A stretch of 64,000 bases of DNA, taken from contig CT868096.1 in assembly GCA_000165425.1 (NCBI GenBank), positions 1 to 64,000 of the forward strand, in the 5' to 3' direction. How positions within the stretch are numbered: the first letter of the stretch is position 1; each line of letters opens with the position of its first letter. This stretch comes from Paramecium tetraurelia. Its lineage: Eukaryota. Positions 26,478 to 41,446 of this stretch are shown piece by piece. A model generated the notes under the pieces. The model was not told the DNA's origin, searched no databases, and was given only the letters and a program-made list of their open reading frames with translations. Both the position numbers and the translations under genes were made by a program.

Positions 26478-28932
26478 TCAAAATACTCTGCATTAACAAT
26501 CATCCCGAGTTGATTTACGATTTTAGGTCTTGCTTTTTACTTTTGTTTTATTTTAATTGCTTTTAATCATTTATTCTAATGCAGTTTCATCAATTATCAC
26601 TAAATTATCTTATTACTAAATTAAAATTAGATTTACCTCGCTTTATTTTATAAATGGCCTTGCTGATTATGAAGCTTCCACGGTAGACTGTAACCTAATT
26701 GCTTTCTTAAAATTATTTGGGCCAAACTCATCATTTGATTTACCTAAGATCATTTACAATTCATTTGAAATTTAATTTCTATCTTTGTGCTTGTTCTTTG
26801 ATTCAGTAAAAACTAAATCCTGGTTTTATTCAACTTTAGCTTTATCTTAACTTGGAAGTATTTCTATAACTTCAGTGTTTTCTGTCTTTTAAACCTAATT
26901 GTTACTTATTTCCCATCCTTTTTTTTCTTTCTCTTTTTTGGTTCCGCAAAATTCACTTTGCTTTTGTTCTTTTCTTTTTTGATTAATTTATGCAGAAGGA
27001 TCAAAAATCAAACTTTAGTCATTATTTTCCAATTAATTTTATTAAGTTTCTATTCTGGAGAGGTCTTGTTTAATGAAAGAAGAATTTAGGGATTTAGTTT
27101 CTTTACAATGACTTTTGATTCTTTATGTTTATCTTTTTAAGAAACTATCCATAATTAAACATGCTTTTAAAATATCCTTTCCTTCTTTTTTTTCTTAAAT
27201 AAAGGCATTTCCTGATTAAATGGCTCTCACCGCTGTTTTAAACTTTTGAGTTACTTTTACATTTTTAGTTTCCTCTTCACTTGATTCACTTTTTTCACTT
27301 TCTTCTTCTTTTTTCTCTTTTTGTTATACTTTATTAGTAGTATTCTAATTTTGTTATTACGATTATTCTAATAATTGTCTTTATGATGATATTCCTCCCT
27401 GTACGCTTTCTTAATCAATTATTTTTCCATAATTTGAATATTATACAGTATTGCCTGTGCTTTTGATAATGCCGTCAAATTTTATTTTAACATATTATTT
27501 TAGTTTCTTAAATCCTTCTTAGCAAACCATAGAATACAAAGATTAGATTAAATCTTCCCTTTCTATTTTCTGATTTCTTACAATATTTTCATCAGTAAAT
27601 AATTAATGACACTAAATTATTTTATAAATTTATTGCTTCGGCATTAATTAAAAAAATTTCTTAAAAAAGCCTTCTAAGCATCTTTATAATTCAGTTCTAC
27701 TAAAAGATTACTATCCGTAATAGTGAGAATTCAGGTATTTTTAGAATTTTTAGGTGAAGTATTTTTCAGATGCCCATTAAGAGTACTATGCACAATTCCA
27801 TAAAATCAATATCTTAGTTAAATTTAATTATTTACTTCTAAAAAAACTGATTGATTTACATTATTTTTTTGTTATTTGATTTTTAAACAATTTTGATGAA
27901 CACATAATTTGAGTGCTAGAAAATCAATAATTTTGTGAACTTTGATTTTTTTTGTTTCTTCTTATGTTTTTGCATCTACTTGCATTATTTTACTTAATGA
28001 TTATAAAATTTATTAAATAACATCAAAGGTCATCCATTTTTGAATGTTTTTAAACTTTAAAAGGATATTTTCAACGTCTCGATAAGATAATTTATAAGTA
28101 TTTTTTTCTTTGAAATAATCAATTCCCATTTCTTTTAAAATAGAAATCAGACTGGTTATATTCTTTATTTCTACTTCTTTTCCTTTAATGGTTTCAATCC
28201 CTTTTATAATCTCTAAACGTTTTTATTTATTCTTAATTTCTTAATAGGAGTATTCTAAATAAAAACTTAAAATATATGGGAAAATAAGTAAGTAATCAAC
28301 TTTGCTTTGGTCTTCTGGCAACAAAAAATTCTCGGAAATGTCATCAATTTATTTTTATGTTAATTTACCTTCAAAAGCATCTGCTTCAATTAAAGTTCTA
28401 TCACTAAACACTTTAAATTTCTTATGTCCCAAGAAATCAAGGACAATGGTGAACATTTTCGTCAGTTCTTTCCTTTCTAATGTAAAATTTTTGTTTGCAT
28501 CAAAAGATGCATAAAAATCAATGTAGAAATCATGTAAATCCCTCACTGAAATAACGGAAAAAAAATATATAAGTTCCCTATGTTAAAATGAATAGAATTA
28601 CGGATGAAGCACACTTATATCATTATATGTTTCCATATTCATTAAAGGTTTGCTGTTGGTTAATAAGGAGAATCCTTTCTTTTTTTGGTCTTCTTCTACT
28701 TTTGAAAAGTTAACAAGCATATAAAATATGGTGTAAAAGCTGCAATCTTAATTACGAACAAAAAACTAAAAGTCTAATCAAGTAGCTTTATATTCTTACC
28801 TTCTCCATCTTTCACTCCCTTTTTAGAGGAATTGAAAGATTTAAAAAATGAGGAGGGTTGCTTCATCAATTTACCATGCTTTTCATCTTTTTCTTTATTT
28901 TGAGATAATGATGTTTCTTTCCTTGAAATCAT
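26478..28932 (-). CDS. EF-hand-like protein with C-terminal CaaX-like motif (paralogue A)
   Basis: DFYASFDANKNFTLERKE loop; ends DDCQCRVF-stop; colinear similarity to 29029..31453. Confidence 0.8.
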
Positions 28933-29028
28933 AATGGAAGTAATAAATGTTTAGAAAACAATAATTTATTGTTAATAATTCAGAATTATAAAGTTATGAT
29001 AAAAATTGCAATTATATACTAAATTTAA

Positions 29029-31453
29029 TCATTATATAGAGCAATAATAACATGTTGAAGATCTATCTTTTGGTTTTTTGCCTTTAGCTAAATTCTATTA
29101 ATACAAAATTTAGGTTTATAATTAAACATCATCTATAACTACTTAGAATTTACCTTCGTCATCCCTAAAGTCCTAAAAATGAATAATTTTTATACATCAT
29201 CTGTAAGTTAAAATAACTATTATTTTGATTAAGAAGTTTGGAACATTACTTTGGATGCATCTTAAACAGATGGCATGTTTCCATAATAAGCATTTTTAAA
29301 ATTTTGAGGGCCATAATTTTTACCTTCTTTTCCTGCAACAGTGAAAAGGTCGTTAGATTAGGATTCAGAATTCTTTCTTATGTCTTTAATAACAATCTAT
29401 GGTCGTTGTTATTGAAATAGTTTTTTGTCTTTTTTTTCTTCTCCCTGTTCTTTTTCTTATTCAGGAAGTGCTGCTTCAGGTGCTGTTAATTTTTTTGATT
29501 CTTCCATTTAAACTTTTTTAACTACGTTGGTTTTCACAGATGATACTTCTTCATTTTTGGAGCATGTCTCTAATAAAACTTCTTATTCATCAATTTTTGA
29601 AGCTGTAATATCGTTCTAGTTATATTTACTTTGCTGCATTTTCTAATGCATTTGAGTTTGTCTTTTTAAAAAGCTATCCATAATCAAACAAGCTTTGAGA
29701 ACATCTTTTTTAGATTCAGCCTTTTAAGCAAAAGCTTATTCTGAACTGATTACTTTGACAACTCGTTTAAGTTTACCTTTAGCTGTCAATTCTCTCTCAT
29801 GGTCACTCTCTTCTGATTCCGAGTTGTTTCTTTGATTGTGTTAATTTTATTAGCTTGAGATTTAAGATTTTTTTGATTTTTCATCGAATTTTGGAGACTT
29901 CTGTTATTTTTCACTTGATGGAGGAGAATGAATTTAGGAATCTTCATAAAAATCTTTCCCTTACTTTTAATATTAACTTACTCTATCTCCATTAGACTTA
30001 TTAACTCCATCATAACTTATTCGAATATACTCTTTTAATTTTCTGTAGCCATCCTTGCACATCATGTTAAATAATTCATTTACTAAACTTTCCGTAGTAA
30101 TAGGAGTTTGAATGATTTTCTTTCCCTGCACCTCAGGATGCTGCTCTAGTATGACTTTTATTAAGTCTTTTGGCATCAATTGAAACTTCTTCTTAAAGAA
30201 TGCTTCTAATATTTTTATTGCTTCCGGCCTTGATAATTGAGTCTAGTCTTTATAATGTTTAATAAGGAACTTGGAAAACTATTATTTGATTGTAGCTTCC
30301 TTCATAATCTACCCAAACATTGCTGTATTCCATAAAACTAAGATTTCTAAGTAAGCTGAAGGGGGTTTAGATTTATCCTTGTCTTGTTTGCTGATATTTA
30401 GGCAATTCTAATGAATGCATAATTTTAGAGCTAAAAAGTTTACAATTTTATAAAGCTTTAAAGGTTTTCCTTCATTCTAAGTTTTGGGATCAACTTCCAT
30501 CAATTTAGCAAGTTGATTTATTATTTACTTGATTATGTCAAATGTTATCCATTTTTATATGTTTTTTAATTTAATTAATACATTTTCAACATCTCTGTAT
30601 GTAAGACATGTTGTTCTCTTATCTCTGATATAATCTATACCCATTTCTTTAAGAATTGTAACTAAACTAGTGATGTTTCTGATTTCAACTTCTTTCCCTT
30701 TTAGAATTTCAGTGCCCCTCATCAAATCCAATCTCCCTTACCTATACTTTATCTGCGAATAGGTAAATTCCAAAAAAAACCCTAAGATGTAGGGGAATAG
30801 CAATAGGTAATCCATTTTTGATTCCTTATCCAAATCTCTAAAGTTGTCTATCATTTCATTGTAAACCTTGTCATCTAACTGATTATCATATAATGAAGGA
30901 TCGCTTAAGAAAAGATCAGTTATGACCTTAAATTTTTTTGCTCCCACACATTTATTTACAGCTATATCCAATAATTACTTAAATTCTGCAGGTTCTAATG
31001 AGAAATTTTTATTTTTATCAAAAGTAGCATAAAAATCAACATAAAAGTCATGAAAATCTCTAATTGAGATTATTTGGAAATAGTATACTAGTTCACTAGA
31101 ATATTAAAATATCTTACGTTCTTATATAACGTATATCCTCAACCTATTTTGTAATCGGTGCGTATGAATTAAGTGGAGTTAAAACTGATTATTTTTTCAA
31201 ATATTATTCCATTCCATCAAAATTTAGAAGCAGATACATTAAAATTCTCACACAGTGATCCTATCCTTTGGTTAAAAATTGTATTTCTAAAAATTCACAT
31301 TTATATACCATCTTCCTGAGGTTTAAACAAAGTATTGGAAAATTTTGAAAAAAACGATTTCTATCCGTTAAGATTTTTACTCGTGTTCTAACGAGCTAAT
31401 GACCCCTTTGATAGATTACTGTCTTATCTTTCATATGTATTTTGCTTTGACAT
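29029..31453 (-). CDS. EF-hand-like protein with C-terminal CaaX-like motif (paralogue B)
   Basis: DFYATFDKNKNFSLEPAE loop; ends TCYYCSIQ-stop after two tiny introns; shares KGKEVEI.NITSL..ILKEMGIDY and LKACLIMDSFLKRQTQ with paralogue A. Confidence 0.8.
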
Positions 31454-32024
31454 TCAAAATTACTGTAATTTTATAATTATTAGTGAGCAATTTAGTAATC
31501 TCTAAGAGAATTATAATCATATTCATATATACTCAAAATAAAAATAAATATACTTCAGTAAGGCATTCGAAGTTATTAGCGTTACCATTGGAAACTCAAG
31601 AAATTAGTAATAATTATTATTCTGTGTTTACAGGATTACAAATAAATGAAATAATTATTAATTTTAAAACTAACTTTCGTTTTCTTTTTTAGTGAAGAGT
31701 GAGAAAAATTGTTTATAGAATTGTTTCAAGTTACTTAAAAATGAATACTTGTATCACTAGTGATTGATTAAAACTGATAATAATATTGATTCATAATATA
31801 TTACGATATATGGACTAACTTTTTATTGATTAATTTTATTTCCAGTTTTGTATGAAGAATCATTTTTAATGATCCTATAATTCTAAGGGTACCTATTATA
31901 ATATAGTATTGAATTATAGAACAAAATAGTTACTATTCTTAAATTTGAGAAATTAGTTTAGTTAGATGTCAAAAAAATAATATAAATGCATTCCAATAAT
32001 AATTTAATATTTATTCTAAAATAG

Positions 32025-35000
32025 ATGAGTTAAAATATGAATTTATCTTAAAATCTTCGTTATGGATCTTTTATAAGAATAGCTGGCAAAGGGAACGGTG
32101 GAACTAAAGGTATTATAACTTCCAAAGGGTAACACCATCAAATATTGATCTGTTAGTTTTTTCGATCATGCTGTTTATTTCTAAACATATGAAGATATGG
32201 ATGATATCAATAATTTTAGGGACGGAATCTTTCAAATATTGCCTAGAGGAAGTTTTGAAATTCATGATGAATATTTGAAAGGAATGTAATTAAATCTCTA
32301 AAAATCATAGGGATAAATCACCGAGTTTGCAATAGAGGATGAAATCTGAAAAAGAGCAGTATTTCAATATGATAGATAATAAAATGAATGAAGAAGTCTA
32401 TTTTAGGTATTAATTTGAAAAATATTTTTGTACAGTTCAGAAGTAATATTTTAGCATGTCGAATCCGGACAGTATTTAGCCTGTTCGGAAGAGTGCAGCG
32501 ATTCAAGAAGTGATAGCTTTGGACTAAAACTATAATAATTTTTATCCAGCAGAATTATATTCAAAATGGAGCCAAGTAAAAGTTATCAACAAACAGGAAG
32601 GCCAATAATTTCCAAACAATCAGTCAAAATCCAATCTGATATAACGAAGTTTTGGATCGATAAAAATATGAGATAGCCAGTATAATTGGATCATAAATCG
32701 ACTTAAGCTGGATTGAAAATATAATTAAAAGGATTATAAGAAGATTCTCACAGATATGAATTGATTGTCAGCCATTATTCTGACAGTGAATGGAAAATAT
32801 AATTATATGATAATTATGAGAAGCACTAGCAAAATAAATTAAAGCTAAAAACCAACGAAGTAGTTACTTTTAAATGTCCTAAAAATGAAGCATATTTAGG
32901 AGCTGATTTATAAAATAACACTATTGTTCTTAAACCAACTTTGCACAACTAATAAATACCTGTAGAATGTTTATGGGAGCTACAATTCCAAGAAAAACCA
33001 AATAGTGAATTGCCAACTATAACATTATAACCTAGAACCTTAGCAGCAATACGACATTCATTTTTAGGATAAAATAATCTATTTGTTCCTAATGTAAACC
33101 AATAGTACAATTAAAAAAATGCCACAGAAAATTAACAATAAAATTAATCTAAATTTAAGAAAAATATCTAAAAGTAGTTAAGATTAAGACATGTAATGAC
33201 TGGCAAATTGTTATTTTGTTAAGATTTATTTGATGCTGATGATTGTTTTCCAGCAATACTATCTGATGATTCATGCACAATAGGCTTGTAATTGGCAAAT
33301 AGATATGAAAGAGAATTTATGGATTTATCGTATGTTAATTTAGTCAGAGATGATAATGTACTTACATCAATTTCAACAAAATAATCAACGAAAACTTTAA
33401 GTGATGTGCGCATTAAGAAATCAGATAAAATACAAGGAACAAATGGATTCTTTAAATAGTTAATATAAGAAAAAGATAGTATAAAATGTGGTTTCAGGGA
33501 TCGAGCATTTAGTAAACCATTCATTATTCAAAGAGTCAAATAATCATTTTTTAAAATAGTCTTACAACCATTTTCAGCTTATGGTTAAATGCTATACTTT
33601 GTTCAATAGCTATAAACAAACCCTTTGAATTTTCCTTATGTGATCCCTCCTGAAAGAATGTATTAAATTTAATTTTTATTGAATCGACTGCATGAATATT
33701 TAATGGATAAAATTGATATAAGTGATGAAAATGCAGATGATTTACCTATTTTTGAAAGATAAATAATCCTCAAAGAACTTTATTTCATTGAAATATTGGT
33801 CGAATTGCTGTATCATTTATGTTATAAAAAAGGAACCAAAAAATTATAGGTTTGGAGAAAACAAAAGGAAAACATTTAAACTATTTTTTCATCCACATAT
33901 TAATTGATGACAAAGCTCATCTAAAATAATATGGTAACAAAACTTTACGCATCTTAATGGCTTGAGATGTTCCTGCATTAATATATGAGTTTAAATTAAC
34001 CTGCCATTCAAACTTTCCTTTCCGAAATGTTAGATAATAATAAAGAGGCAATACAAAAATTCTTGAATGAAAATATCATCAAAAAATTGATAGAGCTTAT
34101 CACATAGTAATCACCTCATGACAAATATCTAAAGATCTTGAATGCAATCTGTGTTTCTAGCAACTAAGCTATCAGAGAAAATCAAAGACTAGTTCTGGAA
34201 AACTTTTTTAAAGTTGTTGCTCCAAGTACAGCATGTTATTTTATTATTATTTAGATTTCAAATTTGATTTTAAGATAAAATAAGGCCATATTTACATTCA
34301 ATCAGCGGAAGAATTAACATATTCTAGATGGTAGAATTTAGAATAATTTTACAAATCCAGTTTGATGAATGATAATTTAGAATACTGGAATTATTTCATT
34401 AGTTATTTTGATTTATTAGGAGATGTAGCGATGAATAGATTTGCATAAGCTAAAGAGTTCATTGATTAAAATTACTCATTGGAAATATTTTGCATGATCT
34501 TACATGAGGCATAATCATATCACATGTTCAATTTGATGAAACCTTTTTTAAAGTTGATTCGATATGCTTATATAGACACTCCCCCTTACTAAAAGTTTAA
34601 GAAATTAAGAGTTATTTAATTTAAAGATTTGTAAGGCGATTTTATTGATCATTCAACAACATTACCAAAAACAAGTCCATTATTGGATGTAATGAGGTTT
34701 CTATTATAGCAATTAGAAAATATAGATTAATTACACAATAATATTGAATATTCTAAAAACTTACAATCAGTTCTATAATTACTTAAATGTTCAATAGAAA
34801 TGCAATTTTGGGTTGATATGGATTAGATAAAAGTAATATTAACTGCAATGCTATAACATTTGCTCAAGTATTAAGAATTTTAAAATGATTAAAGATTAAA
34901 TGGAATCTCCAAATGTTTAACTTAGTTCTAAAAGTATTATCCAACTGAGTAAGTTGTATTAATCTGAAGAGAAAGAAACTCACATTCATAAAAAAATCAA

Positions 35001-38000
35001 ATCGACCAGACTAAATGAAACAAATAATATATTTATGACATGCAAACAATTAGCCTGTGAAATAATTAATACCATTTTTGATCTAGAAAATAATATAAGG
35101 GTATTTACATGCTCCAAATTATTTAAAGAATAATTACTATAGTTAGATCTAGTAGATCCTAATTTGGCTAATATCAATAATAATTAAAAGAGTTTAAAGA
35201 CGAGCATTGATGTATAGAAAATGTCCAAAAAGAGCAATGCTTTTATCAAAGTGATTTAATAAAAGTTCAAAAATTAAAATATTGCTGAAGAGAAAAACTT
35301 ATATGATATAACTAATTGGATTAATAAATTTAGGTAGATAGTCTCTGATAGATCTTTGTCCAATTTTGAAAATTTTGAATTGATATTTGCTGAATTATCA
35401 TTTTATGAAAATCTCTATTTACCGAAATATTCCTTAGAAATTCTATCTAGAGCCTATGGATAAAGAAAAGAATTAATTTAAAATTTTGAAAAAGTAATAA
35501 TTGTTGTTTCTGGTAAAACTCAAGAACTAAGTTTATTAACAAAGCAGATCATGAAAAAATTAAATATATTGTATTAAACTGAGTTCTACACTATGTATAA
35601 GGAAACTAGCAATAACATTAGAACAAGCTTAATTTGGTACCATTCGAATGAACATTAGAAGGCTGGTCTGATGTAAAACCTTTTTCAATTAGGATTGTAT
35701 TTAAAAAAGGACTTTGATAAAGGAAGGTCGTTGAATCCTTTAAATTTTGAAGATTATAAACCAGAAAACAATTCAACTATAGCATTTTGCGAGAGGGAAT
35801 AAAATTACAAATTACATTAAGCAATTTTAATAGCTGAAGAAATTCACATACCGCTATTAGAATATATCTATAAATTTAAAGCAGATTAATCAACTATCTA
35901 TTGGAAATTCTTACATTCTATATATGATTTTATCACAATTCTTATTTGGAACAACTAAGAGAATAAATAAATCATCATAAATAACAAATAGTTGATGTAG
36001 AGCATAGAGCAACATCTAAAATTTAATATTGGAGCCATTGATTTTTTGAAGGCTTTGTATGCAAATAATAAATCATTGTTACTTAGTGAAAGGGAAATGA
36101 CACTTATATTGAATTCTGTTGTGCCAGTATGCAATGAAGAGCCCATCAATAGTTATTTTAAATCGAAAACATTAGACTTCATCAAAGCTTTATTGTTATT
36201 TAATTCTAATTATATCACATCAAACCAAACTGTAGTCCTTCAGAAGCTACAAGAGAAATAGTTCAATAAAATAATATTACAATTTAATATTTATGATGAC
36301 TAAACTCCGATTTCTCCAGGTGAGAACAATTTTAGTGATGTTACTTCTTCATTAGACAGCGAAATCGATCAAGAGACTATGATATCAGAGTTGGTAATTA
36401 AAAATTGGATAAATTAATATGAAAAAAGCTATGAGAATATTGGCTATGGATTTCATGAATTGTACATCTCCCCAGAATTAACATACCTTTACACTTTCTT
36501 TTCTTTGTTTAGTCAATTAATTGAGGAAAAGCATATGATAAATATAAAGAAATGTTTGAAAATTCATAAATTCAATGATTTAATACTACTGCTACATCTG
36601 GCTCAAGATTGCTGGCCTTTGAAAAGACATCTCCGAGCATATATTAATCGATTGTATTATAGTAAGGTAAGTGATAATTTTGATTTAATTGTCAAAGTTG
36701 ATTTGGTGATTATGATTGATGATTTATAGAAGATTATAGACTATTTAATATTGCCATAGCATTCTTATATGGCGATGACAATTATTAAAGCTCCCATTAG
36801 ATATAAGTATTTAATGAGTTATATATACTTAAACTTGGAGGAGATACTAATATCATTAAATAGTTTATTTTTAAACGAGTAGTTCCTTGAGTATTTGGAA
36901 GAATTAATACTTTTCAACTAATAAAATTCAATTTATAGATTACACTTCTAATTATTTGAGATTTGCTAAAAGCTTTTGATAATTGAAAAAATCTACGTTA
37001 AAGAAAACTTGGGTCATTTGTGTTAATTATTATTGGATGTATTTTAAAGTATAATCTCTGGGTTTGAAACTAAAATATTATTGATGAGAGAAGGCTTGTA
37101 TATAAGTATGATTGAGGAAATGCTCTTATCTCAATACATCAAGGGCTCGAATCAATAGGATCTGACAAAGACTTAGGTGAGTAAATTATAGCAAATTTAA
37201 AGAAATAGAGAGATCTACAAATAATTGTAATAGAATAGTCATGATTCATCAGTTAAATAATATTTGGTTCATTAGGTATTCTGCTTAGATTAATAATTTG
37301 TTAAAGAAAGTAAATTACAAAGTACTTTAGAATTTTGGAAAACCTAATCCAAGTAAAGATATAAATCATTTAAGTAAGACATGAATGATTTAATAAATCA
37401 TAAGTTAAGAAGAATTATGAATAATTGGAGCTTTGTTCCTTAATTCTCATAGTTTCTAGATGAAGAATTTTATGAAGTATGCAATAAGTTATCTTCAATT
37501 GGTAGGCAATCTTAAGATGCTTATTAATCGAAGTACGAAGTGACAACACTTTAAGATTATATCTAAAACATCATTTCAATCTGTGGAAATACTAGAGAAT
37601 AACAATTTTCTGATGATATTAGGATTTTCTTTTTGAGATTGCTTAGCAGATTAATTACAGAGAAGAATTTAAGTAATAAATAAAAAATGGTAGAGGTGGA
37701 TCTTTGGACCAGTGAATTTTGGATCGATTATAAATAAGAAATAAATCATGCTTAGAATTTACTTGCAAAATGTGGTGCATAAGATTTGATCTTATTAATT
37801 TTATCAGAAAGCTTTTTAGAAATTAATTTATCATTGTTAAATGAATGTCTCTTATTTTCAATAGCATTTTTGTTAGGAGGGAATACTTAAGCATAAAATG
37901 CAATTTTATTGAAATTAAAATAAGATTCACAAAATTAAATATTAACTAACATCAAAATCATCATCACAAAATTAACTAAGGTAATCAATAATAATTTTTC

Positions 38001-40241
38001 TATTGTCACATATAACAACACCAAAGGTTGCGATTTTATATAGACAGTCGATAACTTTGACTTCTATAATACTAATACTAAAGTTATGCAAAGAGTGAAT
38101 GTTGTCGATCCTGATGACTTTAAGGAAACGAATTTCAAAAAATAATGCTTAGATGTGTTATGTCGATTCTTTAGAGTGATGCAATTACTATGTGAAAATA
38201 ATAATAGTGAAATGAAAGAATTTTTCAGAAGACAAACTGATGATGTATAAATATAATATAGTATATTAGTAAAACATAGCAAGAATAAACTCAATAAATT
38301 TTATTGAATTCACTAGTGTGTAATTAAGAGCATATTTAAAAATATTGTCTAGAGCCATCATTATTATCCCTGCATCAATACTTGACTTCATTAATGAAGT
38401 AATTTAGCTACCTTGCATTGAAAATTAAATAACTTTATGTCATACTACCTTTTTTGAGGATGTCAGCAACATGGCTCATTTCTTTGCTAATAAATCAAAT
38501 CAACTTCAAAGATTATTTGATACTGAAGATGACTTGTAAGAGTTGTAAGAATTATTCAATAAAATTCTTCAGACTGTTTTATTGGTTTTAGAAGGAAATG
38601 AAGAAAAGATTTATAAGGATATTTAGAACAAATTAGAAGCCTCGTTTCTCATTAGCTTCTTAAGTCTAAGTTTTGAATAACTTAACATTGAAAACATCAA
38701 TGATTTAGAAATGTATAAATTTATTAAATCTATATTTTAGTTATTTGTTATAATAGGATAAGATCTTTAATTCAGATATGCTTCGAATTTTAAACGTATG
38801 CATTATTGAATAAAAAATGGCTTCTTATTAGCAAAGTCGATGGATATAATAATTTCATGAGCAATTAAGTGTAAATCCAATTATAAAGGATATTTATGAT
38901 AATCTTATAGTTTTAGTAACAAATATTTATAAATTAGATTCATAACATAGAAATAGTCTATGAAGGGAAGTCCATGACAGTATTCTTTCCTTATCATCCT
39001 CTTTTTAACTTATTATCTGAATCATCAAAACAAGATTTATTATTTTAAATAAATAGAGAAACCTAAAGAGATAAACTGCTGGGTTTGCTTAGTGCAACCA
39101 ATATCTTATTTTATGAATTAGAACACAATTATAAGTTAAACCACTATAGAATTCCCATTACGTAAAATAATCTTAATGTAATGCAAAAATTATCCTCTGT
39201 CTTGGCCTTGTTAATAAATTTATCAATGGTATGATTTTGATCATTTAAATATAGATTTTTTTCTATACAGTAGTCGTTAAAGGGAATACGTATTTGTTAA
39301 CATCAACTCTGTACAACTCTTTAATCATAAAAATGCTCTCTGTCAGTTAGCTATTCTCATAGATTATCTTATTTATAATGGTTAGTTTTCAGAGGATTCC
39401 AATTTATCTATAAAAAAACAGCAAAGGCAATGACAAATTAAGTCTATTATTAGTGATCATTCAGGAAGATACTTGTTTATTATTGTTTCTATTGGTTTTA
39501 TTGTCTTTTTTTGGTGCCTTCATAAATAGCACAGTATTTGTGATCCATCTTGTTGAAATATTTAGTCGAGTAACTATCTTAAAAAATGTGTTTTAAGCTA
39601 TTAGTTATAATGCTAAACAATTATTGGTTGTGGCATTCTTAGGAGTACTTTTTGTATTTGCCTTTTCAGTTATAAGTTTTAGTGTTTACTTTGATGATAT
39701 CTATTAAGAGGAATAGACTGAAACATGTGATTCATTAATTACTTGCATGATAACGCTTATAACTTCTGGAGTGATTGGTAATAGTATGATCAATTGGGAT
39801 CCTTTAAAATTCTTTTTTGATATGCTTTTCACAGTGTTTTTTGGATTGCTTTTTACCAACATTGTTTAAGGTATCATGATCGACACATTTGCAGAATTAA
39901 GAGATTAAAGACAAAAGATTGAAGATGATATAAAAAATAGATGTTTCATATGTGCAGCATAGAGAGGTGAGTTGGAAAATAAAAATTAATCATTTGAATA
40001 GCACATTCAAGAAAAACATTTAATATGGAATTATGTATTTTATGTGAAATGTTTATGGTTAAAGGAATGGACAGAATATACTGGATTAGAGTATTGGATC
40101 TATGAAAAAATAAAATAAGATGATACAAGTTGGTTTCCAGAATCCGTCATTGATGGCAAAAATATAGCAGAAAGATTAGATTAATTAGAAAATCTATTAT
40201 CATAAGTAATAGTCTATTAAGAGAATAATTCAGGAGGATGA
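32025..40241 (+). CDS. IP3-receptor/ryanodine-receptor family Ca2+-release channel (Paramecium CRC type), several tiny introns
   Basis: N-terminal LRYGS..FQILP, CLWEL..RLRHVMTGK (MIR-like), RIH-like YLKILNAICVS..IRENQ, RIH-associated FRVMQLLCENNN..MKEFFRRQ and LPCIENQ, TM region, GIMIDTFAELR, CFIC..H..WNY, YTGLE, WFP. Confidence 0.93.
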
Positions 40242-40364
40242 ATTATAGTATTTATAAATTAAATATCATAAATGATTATTTTATAAATATTTCGATAGAT
40301 GAGCTTAATTTTAATTTAATGATTGATATTTAATTATAAAACATGTCACTACTGCCAAATTAAC

Positions 40365-41216
40365 TCATATTTTTATTCTAATTAATTTCTCTTTATTAGT
40401 TATTAACATATCTCCTTGTCTTAATATATCAAATCTTTCATCAGACTATAAATTAAAAAGAGTTGTTTATTCCCAAGTTATGATATTAATTTTACAAAGC
40501 AAATTTAACTTTTTAAAATAGATATCATCATTAGTTTTTGAATAAATTAAGTTTGAAGTAGGAAATCTTTATATTCTTAATATTTTATTTTTATTATTCA
40601 ATAATACAAATTTATCTGGAGGTCTAGAGGTAACAACTTAGAAAAATTTGTTCTTTGATAATTGAATTTCATATGCTCCTGTTACCATAAATGTACCTTC
40701 GACTTTATTTCTTTCAAAATTGATGAACTTAATTAATCCAGCATATGAAATGTGAACCAACTATCCTGGCGAATAATTATTTAGAATTAATTCTTAAATA
40801 GGTTCAACTTTAATTGCCTTAACAATAATTTACTTTTTATAATCCCAAATACTAATATTTAAATCATGACTTCCAACAATAATGAAATTATCTTTATGAA
40901 ATTCTAAAAAAAATACTTCCCTCAAGTTTCTTGATAATATTATTGAATTTTATTATTCTTTAGCATTTTCTATTCTTGTTTTACCATCCTTTGAATAAGA
41001 TAGAGCATAAAGTGGATAATTTATCGCTAAAGCTGATGCCAAACCATTTTCGCATTATTTTTGATAAATTAATGAATTCTTACTCAAATCCCAAATCAAT
41101 ATTTTTTCATCTAAAGCAGTACTTATTAATAAATTTATGTTATTTTTATCTTATTAATAAAATAAAATTGGTTTTGTATGCCCTTTTAATTCACCTACTA
41201 TTTATCTCATCTACAT
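40365..41216 (-). CDS. Divergent WD40-repeat protein, ~283 aa
   Basis: LKGHTKPI..LISTALDEKILIWDL and IIVGSHDLNISIWDY; open frame to TGA 40365; start uncertain. Confidence 0.75.
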
Positions 41217-41446
41217 TTCAATTATAAAATTTGTAATATAATAAAATAAAACTCATAACTTTTTAAAATTCATCGATTATTCATTCAGAATCTAAACCCC
41301 ATAAGCTCTTCAAAAAATGCAAGTACTATTTTGTATAATATTTAAATATGCTTTCATTGAAGTCCCATCTACGATTTAATAAAAATTATTTGAGGTATTT
41401 TTATTACAATTTTCTTGAAATATTATTATTATCATTTTCGTAATTG

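Noticed and set aside
31690..31780. C/D snoRNA-like boxes and palindrome ATCACTAGTGAT
   Set aside because: Box C is non-canonical, no terminal stem or evident guide; compatible with chance.
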